Source: an uncultured Candidatus Rokubacteria bacterium
GTDB taxonomy: Bacteria; Methylomirabilota; Methylomirabilia; Rokubacteriales; CSP1-6
NCBI GenBank assembly: GCA_963771355.1
Contig: CAVYTA010000005.1
Span: 864,001 to 928,000 of the forward strand
Direction: 5' to 3'
DNA length: 64,000 bases
Part shown: in pieces, positions 29,645-39,241 of the stretch
How the letters are laid out: the number at the start of each line of letters is the position of its first letter
Numbering within the stretch: the first letter of the stretch is position 1
The notes under the pieces: generated by a model
Database searches by the model: none
What the model saw: the letters and a program-made list of their open reading frames with translations, nothing else
What the model was told of the DNA's origin: nothing
Translations under genes and position numbers: made by a program

Positions 29645-30661
29645 CTAGAAGCCGTAGAGGCGGCGGCAGTTGTCCCCGAGCACCTTCTGCTTCTGCGCGT
29701 CGGTCATGTCGCCGCGCATGCGGATCTCGTCGATGTTGCCGGGATAGGAGTTGTCCCAGTGGGGGAAGTCGGAGGCATAGACGATCTGGTTTTCCCCCAC
29801 CAGCTTGAGCGCCTGGGGCAGCATCCACTCGTCCGCCTCGCAGGAGAAGTAGATGTTGCCGCTGCGGCAGTAGGCGCTCGGCTCCTTCTTGAGCGCGGGG
29901 GCCTCGGCGGCGCGCTTGGCATACTCGTCGTCCATGCGCTCCATCCAGTAGGGGGCCCAGCCGCAGCCCGCTTCCAGGAAGGCCAGCTTGAGCCGGGGGA
30001 AGCGCTCGGGCACGCCCTCGAAGATCATGGAGGTGAGCTGCCGCATCTGCCCGAACGCATGCGAGCAGGTGTGCGCCTGGATGAAGCGCGGGAAGAGATC
30101 GAGGCCGGCGCCGCCCAGATGCGAGCCGGAGGCGTGTATCCCCAGCGGCACGCCGAGGCGCTCCGCCTCCGCGTAGACGGGGTCGAAGGCGGCGTCCCCG
30201 AGCAGGTGAGTGCCGTCGGCGGCGAGCATGGCGCCGGAGAGGGCCAGCTCCTTCACCGCGCGGCGCAGCTCCCCGGCGCACGCGGCGGGGTCCTGCACCG
30301 GCAGCAGCGCCACCGCCTTGAGCCGCGGGCTCTTGGTGACGAACTCCTCGTGGAGCATGGTGTTGTACGCCTTGCACAGGGCCACCGCCCACTCGCGATC
30401 CTTGAGGAAGCTCATGAACAGGCCGAGCGTGGGATAGAGCACGGTGAGCTCCATCCCGCCCTTGTCCAGCGCGCGCAGCCAGGATTCCGCGTCGCCGGCG
30501 GCGTCGCCCAGGGTGCCCAGGAGCCGGCGGTCCCAGCCGTCCCAGGGGTAGAAGGAGAAGGTGTGCGGGCGCTTCTTGTGCTGGTCGTCCAGATATTTCG
30601 CCACCTGCTCCTGGGACTCGGTCACGTGGCCGTCGGCGTCGAGGATGGCGTGGGCGCTCAT
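29645..30661 (-). CDS. Amidohydrolase-2 family protein
   Basis: DADGHVTE, FLEAGCGW, YASDFPHWD. Confidence 0.9.
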   Translation of the reverse strand: MSAHAILDADGHVTESQEQVAKYLDDQHKKRPHTFSFYPWDGWDRRLLGTLGDAAGDAESWLRALDKGGMELTVLYPTLGLFMSFLKDREWAVALCKAYNTMLHEEFVTKSPRLKAVALLPVQDPAACAGELRRAVKELALSGAMLAADGTHLLGDAAFDPVYAEAERLGVPLGIHASGSHLGGAGLDLFPRFIQAHTCSHAFGQMRQLTSMIFEGVPERFPRLKLAFLEAGCGWAPYWMERMDDEYAKRAAEAPALKKEPSAYCRSGNIYFSCEADEWMLPQALKLVGENQIVYASDFPHWDNSYPGNIDEIRMRGDMTDAQKQKVLGDNCRRLYGF

Positions 30662-31665
30662 GGCTTGCCCCTCCAGCGGGCGACGGCATCGGGGTTGACG
30701 GCATGGGCGGGGGGCTCACCACGTCCCACCGCGAGGATCTGGTCGAGGGCCAGGCGCAGGTTGGCCCGCCGCCCCGCCTCGCTGTGCGCGATATTGTGGG
30801 GGGTCAGGATGAGCCGCTCGGGATCGATGTTCCGATAGGGGTGGTCCGCCGGCATCGGCTCCTTGACGAAGGCGTCCACCGCGGCGCCGGCTATCCATTG
30901 CTCGCCGAGCGCGCGCGCCACCGCCTCTTCGTCCACCACCTCGCCGCGGGCGGTGTTGACGAGGATCGCGGTCGGCTTCATGCGACGGAGCTCCTTCTCG
31001 CCGATGAGATTGCGCGTCTCGTCGGTGAGGGTGCAGTGCAGCGACACGATGTCGGCCTCGGCGAGGAGGGTGGGCAGGTCCAGGAGCGTCACGCCGAGCT
31101 TCGCGGCGCGGTCGGCGGCCACGTACGGGTCCGCGGCGACCAGCCGCACGTCCCACCCCGCCAGTCGGCGCGAGACGTGGGTGCCGATGCGGCCCAGGCC
31201 GATGAGGCCCACCGTCTTGCCGAAGAGGAAGTCGCCGCGATCCTCTCGCTTGGCCCACTCGCCCCGCCGCAGCTTGGCCTCGTTGTGCTTGATGCGCTTG
31301 AGCAGCATCAGGATCACGCCCACGGTGGCCTCGGCCACCGCCACGAAGTTCTCGGCGGTGGGGCTATTGGCGACCAGGATGCCCAGCCGGGAGGCGGTGG
31401 GAATGTCGATCTTGTCCGTCCCGATGAAGGGGACGATGACCAGGCGCAGGCGCGTCGCGGCCTGGAGCACCGCCGGCGAGAAGGTCTCCAGATGGGAGGC
31501 CAGCACGACGTCGGCGTCGCGGCAGGCCTCCGCCAGCTCGGCCTCGCTATAGGCCCGGCGCCCGGGCATGTCCAGCGGCCGGCCGATCACGACCTCGTGG
31601 CCGGCGGCGCGAAGCGCGTCCAGCTCCTCGGCGGGGCCGCTCGGTCCGGTGGCGAGGATCTTCAT
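30658..31665 (-). CDS. D-2-hydroxyacid dehydrogenase family protein
   Basis: GLIGLGRIG, VNTARG, TPHNI. Confidence 0.9.
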   Translation of the reverse strand: MKILATGPSGPAEELDALRAAGHEVVIGRPLDMPGRRAYSEAELAEACRDADVVLASHLETFSPAVLQAATRLRLVIVPFIGTDKIDIPTASRLGILVANSPTAENFVAVAEATVGVILMLLKRIKHNEAKLRRGEWAKREDRGDFLFGKTVGLIGLGRIGTHVSRRLAGWDVRLVAADPYVAADRAAKLGVTLLDLPTLLAEADIVSLHCTLTDETRNLIGEKELRRMKPTAILVNTARGEVVDEEAVARALGEQWIAGAAVDAFVKEPMPADHPYRNIDPERLILTPHNIAHSEAGRRANLRLALDQILAVGRGEPPAHAVNPDAVARWRGKP

Positions 31666-31678
31666 GGCGTGTCCTCCG

Positions 31679-33391
31679 CTACGGCTTCTTGCAGATGATG
31701 TTGACCAGGGCCTGGCGCTTCTCGTTGCGCACCACGTCGAGGGCTTTCTTCAGCACGCCGGGCAAAGCCGCTGGATCTTCGACCTTTTCCCCCCAGCCCC
31801 CCGAGGCGCGACACACCATCTCGTAGTCGGGCGCGGGGTCGAGCTGATAGAGCGGCATGGTCTCGGCGCGCATGGCCCAGCCGTCCTTGGCGAGGGAGGC
31901 CACGGAGCGCTTCACCGCGTTCCAGGCGCGATTGTTGAAGACCACGAAGAGCGCGGGGATCTGATAGGCCCGCGACACCCAGTGGCTGGCCGTCGGGCTG
32001 CCGAAGATGTAGGTGCCATCTCCCATGCAGGAGATCACGGTCTTGCCCGGCGCGGCAAGCCGGGCCCCGAGCGCGGCGCCCAGCGCCCAGCCGAGGCCGC
32101 CCGCCGGTGAGGAGCCGAAGTAGGACCCGGGCACCCGCATGCGCGTTTGCGAGGAGTCGAGATCGTACTCGTTCACGACGATCGTATTGTCGTCGATGCA
32201 GTCGGCCACGCAGCGCGAGGCCCAGGCCATGTCGATGGGGGAGTCACCGCTCACCGCGCGGGCGCGGGTGGCGACGGCGTCGCGCTGCTCCACGGCCTCG
32301 GCCTCCCACTTCCGGCGCCGCTCGGCGACGACCTTCCCGTCCACGAGCGGCTTCAGCGCGGCGGCCAGCGCGGCCAGGGTGAGCCGCGGGGCGCCGGCGA
32401 GGGCGCCGTCGGTGGGGAAGCCGCGCACCGGATAGCGCGAGTAGAGCGGGTCCATCCCGATCTGGATGATGCGCGCCTCGGCCGACGGCGTTCTCAGCGC
32501 GGGGAACCACGGCGCGTCCGCCTCGACGACGACCACCGCGTCCGCGGTGGCGAGATGCGGGCCCGCGTCGAAGCCGGCGTGCAGGGGATGGTCCTGAGGG
32601 AAGTTGAGATAGGTGCGGGCGGGATCCTCGAAGACGGGGGCGCCGAGGGTCTCCGCGAGCGCGACCAGGGCCGGCACCGCGCGCGGGTCGCGGCCGGCCG
32701 CCTTGCTGAGGATGATCGGGTTGCCCGAGTCGGCGAGCAGGCGTGCCGTCGCCGCGATCTCGTCGGGTCCGGCCACGGTGGGGCCGTTCGGCGCCAGGCG
32801 CGGCGGATCGGCATACTCGAAGGTCTCGTGCGGCTCGGCCAGCACTTCGCGGGGCAGCGTGAGATAGACGGGCCCCGCGGGCTCGCTGCGCGCGATGGCC
32901 AGCGCCCGATCCACCACCGTCTCGAGTTGAAGGAAATTTCGCAGCTCGTAGTCCCACTTGACGAACTCGCGCGCCAGGCCGCCCTGGTCGAAGGCCTCCT
33001 GCGCCCAGTGAATGGGGCGGTCGCGGCTGCCGAGCAGCCCGCTCTCGGTGATGGGCGTGCGCCCCGCGGTGAAGAGGATGGGCACCTGCGATCGCGCGGC
33101 GTTGATGAGGCCACCCAGCGCATTGGCGGCGCCCACGATCACGTGGACCATCACCGCCTGCGGCTTGCCCGAGACCATGGCGTAGCCATGGGCCATGGCG
33201 ACCGCGGGGATCTCGTGCGGCACCGTGATGGGCGTGGGGCAGGCGAGCCCATTGGCCTGGCGGCGGGCATAGGCCTCGATCAGCGGCGCGAAGTCGGTCC
33301 CCGCATTGGCGAAGAGGTAGTCGACCCCGCGCGCGGCGAGGAGCTCGAGATAGGCGTCGGCGGTGCTCTCGATGGTGGCGGTCTTCTTCAT
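31679..33391 (-). CDS. ThDP-requiring enzyme, acetolactate synthase-like
   Basis: FANAGTDF, PHE, GDGTYIF...NN. Confidence 0.88.
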   Translation of the reverse strand: MKKTATIESTADAYLELLAARGVDYLFANAGTDFAPLIEAYARRQANGLACPTPITVPHEIPAVAMAHGYAMVSGKPQAVMVHVIVGAANALGGLINAARSQVPILFTAGRTPITESGLLGSRDRPIHWAQEAFDQGGLAREFVKWDYELRNFLQLETVVDRALAIARSEPAGPVYLTLPREVLAEPHETFEYADPPRLAPNGPTVAGPDEIAATARLLADSGNPIILSKAAGRDPRAVPALVALAETLGAPVFEDPARTYLNFPQDHPLHAGFDAGPHLATADAVVVVEADAPWFPALRTPSAEARIIQIGMDPLYSRYPVRGFPTDGALAGAPRLTLAALAAALKPLVDGKVVAERRRKWEAEAVEQRDAVATRARAVSGDSPIDMAWASRCVADCIDDNTIVVNEYDLDSSQTRMRVPGSYFGSSPAGGLGWALGAALGARLAAPGKTVISCMGDGTYIFGSPTASHWVSRAYQIPALFVVFNNRAWNAVKRSVASLAKDGWAMRAETMPLYQLDPAPDYEMVCRASGGWGEKVEDPAALPGVLKKALDVVRNEKRQALVNIICKKP

Positions 33392-35316
33392 GCTGGGATC
33401 CTCACACGTTTCGGGGAAGTGGCGGCCCACTCGACGAGGAGCATGGATGCTCCCAGGGCGAGGCCGATCGCGTCGGCGGCCAGCTCGGGCAGGCCGGGCA
33501 CGGGGGGCAGGATGAAGAAGAGCGCGGCGGCGGCCGCCCACCCGCGCCGACCCCAGCCCAGCGGCCGGAACAGGTAACCCGCGCAGGCGATGCCGAGCAG
33601 GACGACCCCCATCGACGCGGTGACCACCGCGCCGACGATCTCACCCAGAGGAGCGTGCCCGATGAGGGCCGGGTGATAGACGAAGAGGAACGGCACGATA
33701 TAGGCGACGATGCCCAGCCGCATGCCGGCCCAGCCCGTCTTCCAGAAGTCGGCCTTGGCGATGGCGGCCGCCGCATAGGTGGCGAGGCAGTCCGGCGGCG
33801 TGATGAGAGAGAGCATGCCGAAATAGAAGAGGAAGAGGTGCGCGGCCAGCGGCACGATCCCGAGCTGAGCCAGCGCGGGGCCCACCAGCACGGCGAGGGT
33901 GACGTAGACCACCGTGGTCGGCAGCGACATGCCGAGGACGATGCTCACCAGCGCGGTGAGGACGAGCAGCAGGAACAGATGCCCGCCCGCCATGGAGATC
34001 AGCAGCAGGGGCAGCTTGGAGACGAAGCCGGAGAGCTGGAGCGCGCCGATCACGAGGCCGGCCATGGTGGTGATGGCGACGAGGTCCAGCATGGTGCGCC
34101 CGGTGGACTCGAGGCAGTCGAGCACGCCCGCCCAGGAGGGCCGCGTCTCCTTCTGGAGCATGCCGACGAGGAAGGTCGCGCCCACCGCGAGCATGCCCGC
34201 CTGTCCCGCGTTCCACGACGCGACCATGAGCGTATAGACCAGCACGCCGAGCGGGACCAGGAAGACCCAGCCGCGCCGCATGATGACCCGCAGCCGCGGC
34301 AGGTCGGCGCGGGGCAGCCCCCCGAGCCCGCGCTTGGCCGCCTCGAGGTCCACCTGGACGAACAGCGCCAGGTAGTAGAGCGCGGCGGGAATGGCGGCGG
34401 CGAGCGCGACCTGACCATAGGGGATGGACAGGTACTCGGCGATGAGGAAGGCCGCCGCGCCCATCACCGGCGGCATGATCTGGCCGCCATTGGAGGACAC
34501 CGCCTCGATGGCGGCCGCGAGGTGGGGCGGATAGCCGGCGCGCTTCATCATCGGGATGGTGATGGCACCGTCCACCACCACGTTGGCGACGGCGCTACCC
34601 GAGACGGTGCCGTAGAGGCTCGAGGACACCACCGCCATCTTGGCCGGCCCGCCGCGATAGCGGCCCATCGCCACCAGGGCGAGACCGGTGAGGAACTTGT
34701 CGCCGCCCACCGCGGTGAGCGCCTGGCCGAAGAAGATGTAGGCGACCACGATGCTCGCGGTGACCGCCAGGGGCAGCCCGAAGAGGCCGTTGCTGTCGAG
34801 GTAGAGGTAGACCGCGATGCGGTCCCAGCCAGAGCCCTTGGCATGGAAGAGTCCGGGGAACAGATAGGCGAACTTCGCGTAGAGGATGCAGGCAAGCGCG
34901 ATCCACATGAGCGCCCAGCCCGCCAGGCGCCGCACCGCCTCGAGGACCAGGCCGATGGCGAGCGCGCCCAGCAGCACCTTGTCCCAGGAGGCGATGCCCA
35001 GCGTGTAGGCGATACGCGGGTAGAGGAAGAAGACGTAGAGGCCGGCGGCGAGGCCGCCCGCGGCCAGCAGCCAGTCGTACCAGGGGGCGCGGTGCGAGGG
35101 AGCGCGCGGGCCCGCGCGGGAGGCCAGGAAGACGGGCGCGATCCCGAGCGCGAAGAAGAGGCCGAGGAACTGCTCGTTGAAGAGCGCCCATGGCAGCCAG
35201 TGGTGAAGCCCCAGCGCCCACGCCGCCCCCACCACGGTGAGGACGATGAGCAGCGCGCGCTCGACCCGCCGGGCGACGCCGTCGAGCTGCCGGTACTTCG
35301 GCAGGAGATCGGTCAT
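33388..35316 (-). CDS. TRAP transporter fused 4TM/12TM permease
   Basis: GGPAKMAV, SGSAVAN, GGQIMPPVMGA. Confidence 0.92.
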   Translation of the reverse strand: MTDLLPKYRQLDGVARRVERALLIVLTVVGAAWALGLHHWLPWALFNEQFLGLFFALGIAPVFLASRAGPRAPSHRAPWYDWLLAAGGLAAGLYVFFLYPRIAYTLGIASWDKVLLGALAIGLVLEAVRRLAGWALMWIALACILYAKFAYLFPGLFHAKGSGWDRIAVYLYLDSNGLFGLPLAVTASIVVAYIFFGQALTAVGGDKFLTGLALVAMGRYRGGPAKMAVVSSSLYGTVSGSAVANVVVDGAITIPMMKRAGYPPHLAAAIEAVSSNGGQIMPPVMGAAAFLIAEYLSIPYGQVALAAAIPAALYYLALFVQVDLEAAKRGLGGLPRADLPRLRVIMRRGWVFLVPLGVLVYTLMVASWNAGQAGMLAVGATFLVGMLQKETRPSWAGVLDCLESTGRTMLDLVAITTMAGLVIGALQLSGFVSKLPLLLISMAGGHLFLLLVLTALVSIVLGMSLPTTVVYVTLAVLVGPALAQLGIVPLAAHLFLFYFGMLSLITPPDCLATYAAAAIAKADFWKTGWAGMRLGIVAYIVPFLFVYHPALIGHAPLGEIVGAVVTASMGVVLLGIACAGYLFRPLGWGRRGWAAAAALFFILPPVPGLPELAADAIGLALGASMLLVEWAATSPKRVRIPA

Positions 35317-35319
35317 GCG

Positions 35320-36345
35320 CTACCGGCTGATGTTCATGAGCTTCTGCTGCGCCTGCTCCATGGCGGGGGTCCAGACGCCGCGCTCCTTGTAGAAGCGCAC
35401 CGCGCCCGGGTGATAGGGAATGGTCGCGTCCGGGTCGACCGCCCGCTCGCGCGTCCACTCGTTGAACACGGTGTGGATGGGCTTGAGCTTGTCCACGCCC
35501 TCCCAGATCCCGCGCGCCACCGCCTCCACCACCGCGTCGGGCGCGTTCTTGCCCGCCGCCACGTAGAGGTCGTAGGCGATGACGCAGATGTCCTCGAGGA
35601 CGCCGGTGGCCGTGCCCGCCTTGATCCAGCGCGGGTAGTAACCGGGCACCGCGGCGCGCAGGCGCTTCTCGCCCTCGGGGGAGCAGTCGATCGAGACATG
35701 GCGCACGCCCACCGCCGCGTCGGCTTCCTTCACCTTCGCCCCGTTCAGGGAGAACTCGGTGACGTCGGCGCGCCCCTGCACGAGAGCGTCCACGCCCTCG
35801 TTCACGGCGGGCACGGGCACCACGCGCACGTCGTTCCAGGTGAGCCCGGCGCTGGCGAGATGGCCGAACATGTTGTACCAGACGGCCAGGTGCGCGGGGT
35901 ACTCGCCGGTCATGCGCTTGCCCTTCACGTCGTGCACGCTCTTGATGGGCGAGTCCTTCTTCACCAGGAGCGCGACCAGGAAAGGCGAGCCGCGCATGAC
36001 GAGCCGCACGTTGGGCGCGCTGGGGAAGGGGTTGCGCCCGCCGACCTTGAAGTCCGGCCCGCGATAGGCGAGCGCCATGTCCACCGCGTTGACCACGCCG
36101 AACTCCATCTCCCCGGTGTTCAGCAGCGGGAGGAAGGTGCTCGAGCCGGAGTAGGGCTGGACGACCAGCTTCAGCGGGCCGCCGCCCTCGGCGAGCACCT
36201 TGGCGAGCCCGCTGCCGACCGCATAGAACACCGAGCCCGGCGGGTTGGTGCCGATGGTCACGCTCTGGGCGGCGGCGATGGCCGGCAGCGCGAGCCCCCC
36301 GGCGAGCAGGAGCAGGGAGGCGGCAGCGCGAGCGAATCCCCTCAT
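35320..36345 (-). CDS. TAXI-family TRAP solute receptor
   Basis: IGTNPPGSVFYAVG, PYHPGAVRFYKE. Confidence 0.92.
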   Translation of the reverse strand: MRGFARAAASLLLLAGGLALPAIAAAQSVTIGTNPPGSVFYAVGSGLAKVLAEGGGPLKLVVQPYSGSSTFLPLLNTGEMEFGVVNAVDMALAYRGPDFKVGGRNPFPSAPNVRLVMRGSPFLVALLVKKDSPIKSVHDVKGKRMTGEYPAHLAVWYNMFGHLASAGLTWNDVRVVPVPAVNEGVDALVQGRADVTEFSLNGAKVKEADAAVGVRHVSIDCSPEGEKRLRAAVPGYYPRWIKAGTATGVLEDICVIAYDLYVAAGKNAPDAVVEAVARGIWEGVDKLKPIHTVFNEWTRERAVDPDATIPYHPGAVRFYKERGVWTPAMEQAQQKLMNISR

Positions 36346-36422
36346 CGAGATCTCCTCCTTGAGCAGGGTGGGCGCTAACTTAGCGCGCCCCCGCCGCCGG
36401 GCGCAAGGGCGGCGCGGCGCCT

Positions 36423-37226
36423 CTACTTGCCCGTCCAGCGCGGCTTGCGCTTCTCGATGAAGGCGGCCGCGCCCTCGCGGAAGTCCGCGCTGGTGTAGGT
36501 CCGGGCGATGAGGTCGTCGCCGTCGGGGAGGCCGCGATGGTCGCGGATCCGGCGCAGCGATTCCTTGGTGACCTGGAGGGTGATGGGGGCGTGGTCGGCG
36601 ATCTCCAGGGCGATGGCCTTGACGCGGGCCTCGATCTCCTCCGGCGCCACGATCTCGTGGACGTAGCCGGCGGCGAGCGCCTCCTGGGCGGTGAGGAAGC
36701 GGGCCCGGAAGATCACGTCCTTCACGAGGGAGGTTCCGAGCAGATCCACGAAGCGCGCGTAGGCGTCCATGGAGAGGCAGTTGCCGAGGGTGCGTGCGAT
36801 GGGCGCCCCGAACTTGGCGTCGGGGGTGGCGATGCGGATGTCGCAGCAGGCGGTGATGCCGAAGCCGCCACCCACCGCGAAGCCCTGGATCTGCGCGATC
36901 ACGGGCTTCTTCACGCGCTCGAGCCGGGCGGAGCGCGCGGCGCCGTCGCGCTCGTAGGCGAGCCCGTCCTCGGCGGTCTCGAACACCTTGAACTGGCTGA
37001 TGTCGGTGCCGGCGACGAAGGCCTTGCCGCCCGCGCCACGGAGGACGAGGACGCGCACCGAGTCGTCGGCATCCACCTCCTCGCAGACCTGGAGCAGCCG
37101 CTCGTACATGGCCCAGGTCATCGCGTTGCGGGTCTGGGGGCGATTGAACGTCAGCGTCATGATCGGTCCGTCACGAGTGACGAGCGCGTCCGGGGTATTC
37201 ACGGGTGTTTCCAAGGGTGCCTCCAC
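36423..37226 (-). CDS. Enoyl-CoA hydratase/isomerase
   Basis: AFVAGTDI, AVGGG, DFREGAAAFIEKR. Confidence 0.9.
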   Translation of the reverse strand: MEAPLETPVNTPDALVTRDGPIMTLTFNRPQTRNAMTWAMYERLLQVCEEVDADDSVRVLVLRGAGGKAFVAGTDISQFKVFETAEDGLAYERDGAARSARLERVKKPVIAQIQGFAVGGGFGITACCDIRIATPDAKFGAPIARTLGNCLSMDAYARFVDLLGTSLVKDVIFRARFLTAQEALAAGYVHEIVAPEEIEARVKAIALEIADHAPITLQVTKESLRRIRDHRGLPDGDDLIARTYTSADFREGAAAFIEKRKPRWTGK

Positions 37227-37299
37227 GGGTGCCTCCTCGCGGGAATTTGTGGGCGGAGGATACCATCCGCTCGAGGAATCGTGCTAGCCTAACCCCCCT

Positions 37300-38583
37300 A
37301 TGGCGGGCGCCCTCGACGGCATTCGCATTGTCGATCAGACCCAGGTGATGGCCGGGCCCTTCGCGAGCATGCTCCTCGCCGACATGGGGGCCGAGGTGAT
37401 CAAGGTGGAGCCGCCCGACGGCGAGCACTCGCGCCATGTCGGGCTGCAGGCCGCGCCGGGCGTCGCCGCCTCGTTTCTCGCCGTCAACCGCGGGAAGAAG
37501 GGGCTCACCCTCGACCTCAAGCAACCCGAGGGCGTGGCGGTGCTCAAGCGCCTGGTCGAGACGGCGGACGTGCTGGTGGAGAACTACCGGCCTGGGGTGG
37601 CGAAGCGGCTCGGCGTGGACTGGGAGACGCTCGCCGCCATCAACCCGCGGCTCATCTACTGCTCCGTCTCCGGCTTCGGCCAGACCGGACCGTACGCCGC
37701 GCGCGGCGGCTACGATCTCATCGCCCAGGGCATGTCGGGCATCATGAGCGCCACCGGCAGCGAGGACGGGCCACCGGTGAAGGTGGGCGTGCCCATCGCC
37801 GATCTGGGCGCCGGCCTCTTCGCCGTGCTGGGCATTCTCTGCGCGCTGCGGGCGCGCCGGCTCACCGGGCGCGGCCAGCAGGTGGACACCTCGCTCTACG
37901 AGGCGGCGCTGGCGCTCTCCGCCTGGGAGGCGACCGAGTACTGGTACACGGGGCAGATCCCCAAGCGGCTCGGCACCGCCCACCGGCTGAACGCGCCCTA
38001 TCAGGCCTTCCGGGCCAGCGACGGGTTCTTCACCGTGGGCGCCTCCAACGAGAAGCTCTGGCCCATGTTCGCGCGCCTGCTGGGGCTCGAGCACCTCACC
38101 CAGGATCCCCGCTTCAAGGGCGTGGGGAGCCGCGTGAAGAACCGGGCCGCGCTCGAGGCCGAGCTCGAAAAGGTGACGAGCACGGAGACGCGCGCCCACT
38201 GGCTGGCCAAGTGCGAGGAAGCGGGCATTCCCGCCGGCCCCATCTATACGGTGCCGGAGGCGCACGCCGATCCGCACGCGCAGGCGCGCCGCATGGTGGA
38301 GACGCTGGAGCACCCGCAGGCGGGCCGGGTGAAGGTGCTGGGCAACCCGGTGAAGCTCTCGCGCTCGCCGGCCGTCCTGCGCTCGGCCGCGCCCGTGCTC
38401 GGCGCCGACACCGACGCCGTGCTGGCCGGCATCGGCTACATCGACTCCGAGATCGCCGCGCTTCGCGCGCGGAAGGTGCTTGGCGAGGTGCAGCCGAAGG
38501 CGAGCCGAGCGGATATGGAAATGCTTCCCGAGCGGAGCGAGGGGGGCGAGGCGCAGCCGAAGGCGAGCCGAGCGGATACATGA
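37300..38583 (+). CDS. CaiB/BaiF family III CoA-transferase with a repeat-derived C-terminal tail
   Basis: AGPFASMLLADMGAEVIKVE, ENYRPG, GYDLIAQ. Confidence 0.92.
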   Translation: MAGALDGIRIVDQTQVMAGPFASMLLADMGAEVIKVEPPDGEHSRHVGLQAAPGVAASFLAVNRGKKGLTLDLKQPEGVAVLKRLVETADVLVENYRPGVAKRLGVDWETLAAINPRLIYCSVSGFGQTGPYAARGGYDLIAQGMSGIMSATGSEDGPPVKVGVPIADLGAGLFAVLGILCALRARRLTGRGQQVDTSLYEAALALSAWEATEYWYTGQIPKRLGTAHRLNAPYQAFRASDGFFTVGASNEKLWPMFARLLGLEHLTQDPRFKGVGSRVKNRAALEAELEKVTSTETRAHWLAKCEEAGIPAGPIYTVPEAHADPHAQARRMVETLEHPQAGRVKVLGNPVKLSRSPAVLRSAAPVLGADTDAVLAGIGYIDSEIAALRARKVLGEVQPKASRADMEMLPERSEGGEAQPKASRADT

Positions 38584-38606
38584 TGGGTTCGCGAGCGGAG
38601 CGAGCG
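38482..38606 (+). repeat. Two tandem units (63-bp period) of the GGCGAGGyGCAGCCGAAGGCGAG repeat family
   Basis: Units start at 38482 and 38545. Confidence 0.8.
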
Positions 38607-38623
38607 CAGTTGTTCGGACGCGC

Positions 38624-39187
38624 ATGATCCGCTCGGTGCCCGGCCGCACGCCCACGGTGCATCCCGGCGCCTTCGTGGACATCGCGGCCCAGGTGATCGG
38701 CGACGTGACCATCGAGGAGGGCGCCAGCGTGTGGCCCTTCAGCATCCTGCGCGGCGACCAGGACAACTACGTGCGCCTGGGGCGTAACTCCAACGTGCAG
38801 GACAACTCCGTGCTCCACGTCACGCCCGAGTTCCCGTGCATCGTGGGCGCGGGCGTGACCATCGGCCACCGCTGCGTGGTGCACGCCTGCACCATCATGG
38901 ACAACGTGCGCATCGGCATCGGGGCGGTGGTGCTCACCGGTGCGGTGGTGGAGGAGTACGCGCAGGTCGGCGCGGGCGCCCTGGTGCCGCAGGGCAAGGT
39001 GGTCCCCGCGGGCTGGCTGGTCATGGGCGTGCCCGCCAAGCCCGTCCGCAAGATGTCGGACGACGAGCTCGAGGACATCCGCCGCAACGCCACCGACTAC
39101 CTCGACCTCTGGCATCGCGACTACCGAGGCACGTGGGACACCAGGGACCAGCAACCGACGAGAGGTGGCAGTGGCTTGGCGAGGTAA
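38624..39187 (+). CDS. Gamma carbonic anhydrase-like hexapeptide-repeat protein
   Basis: LRGD, NVQDNSVLH, TIGHRCVVHACT. Confidence 0.9.
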   Translation: MIRSVPGRTPTVHPGAFVDIAAQVIGDVTIEEGASVWPFSILRGDQDNYVRLGRNSNVQDNSVLHVTPEFPCIVGAGVTIGHRCVVHACTIMDNVRIGIGAVVLTGAVVEEYAQVGAGALVPQGKVVPAGWLVMGVPAKPVRKMSDDELEDIRRNATDYLDLWHRDYRGTWDTRDQQPTRGGSGLAR

Positions 39188-39241
39188 GCCGCGTCGAGCG
39201 GCGAGCCGAGCGGATACATAATCAAGGGCGATAGAAATCAC

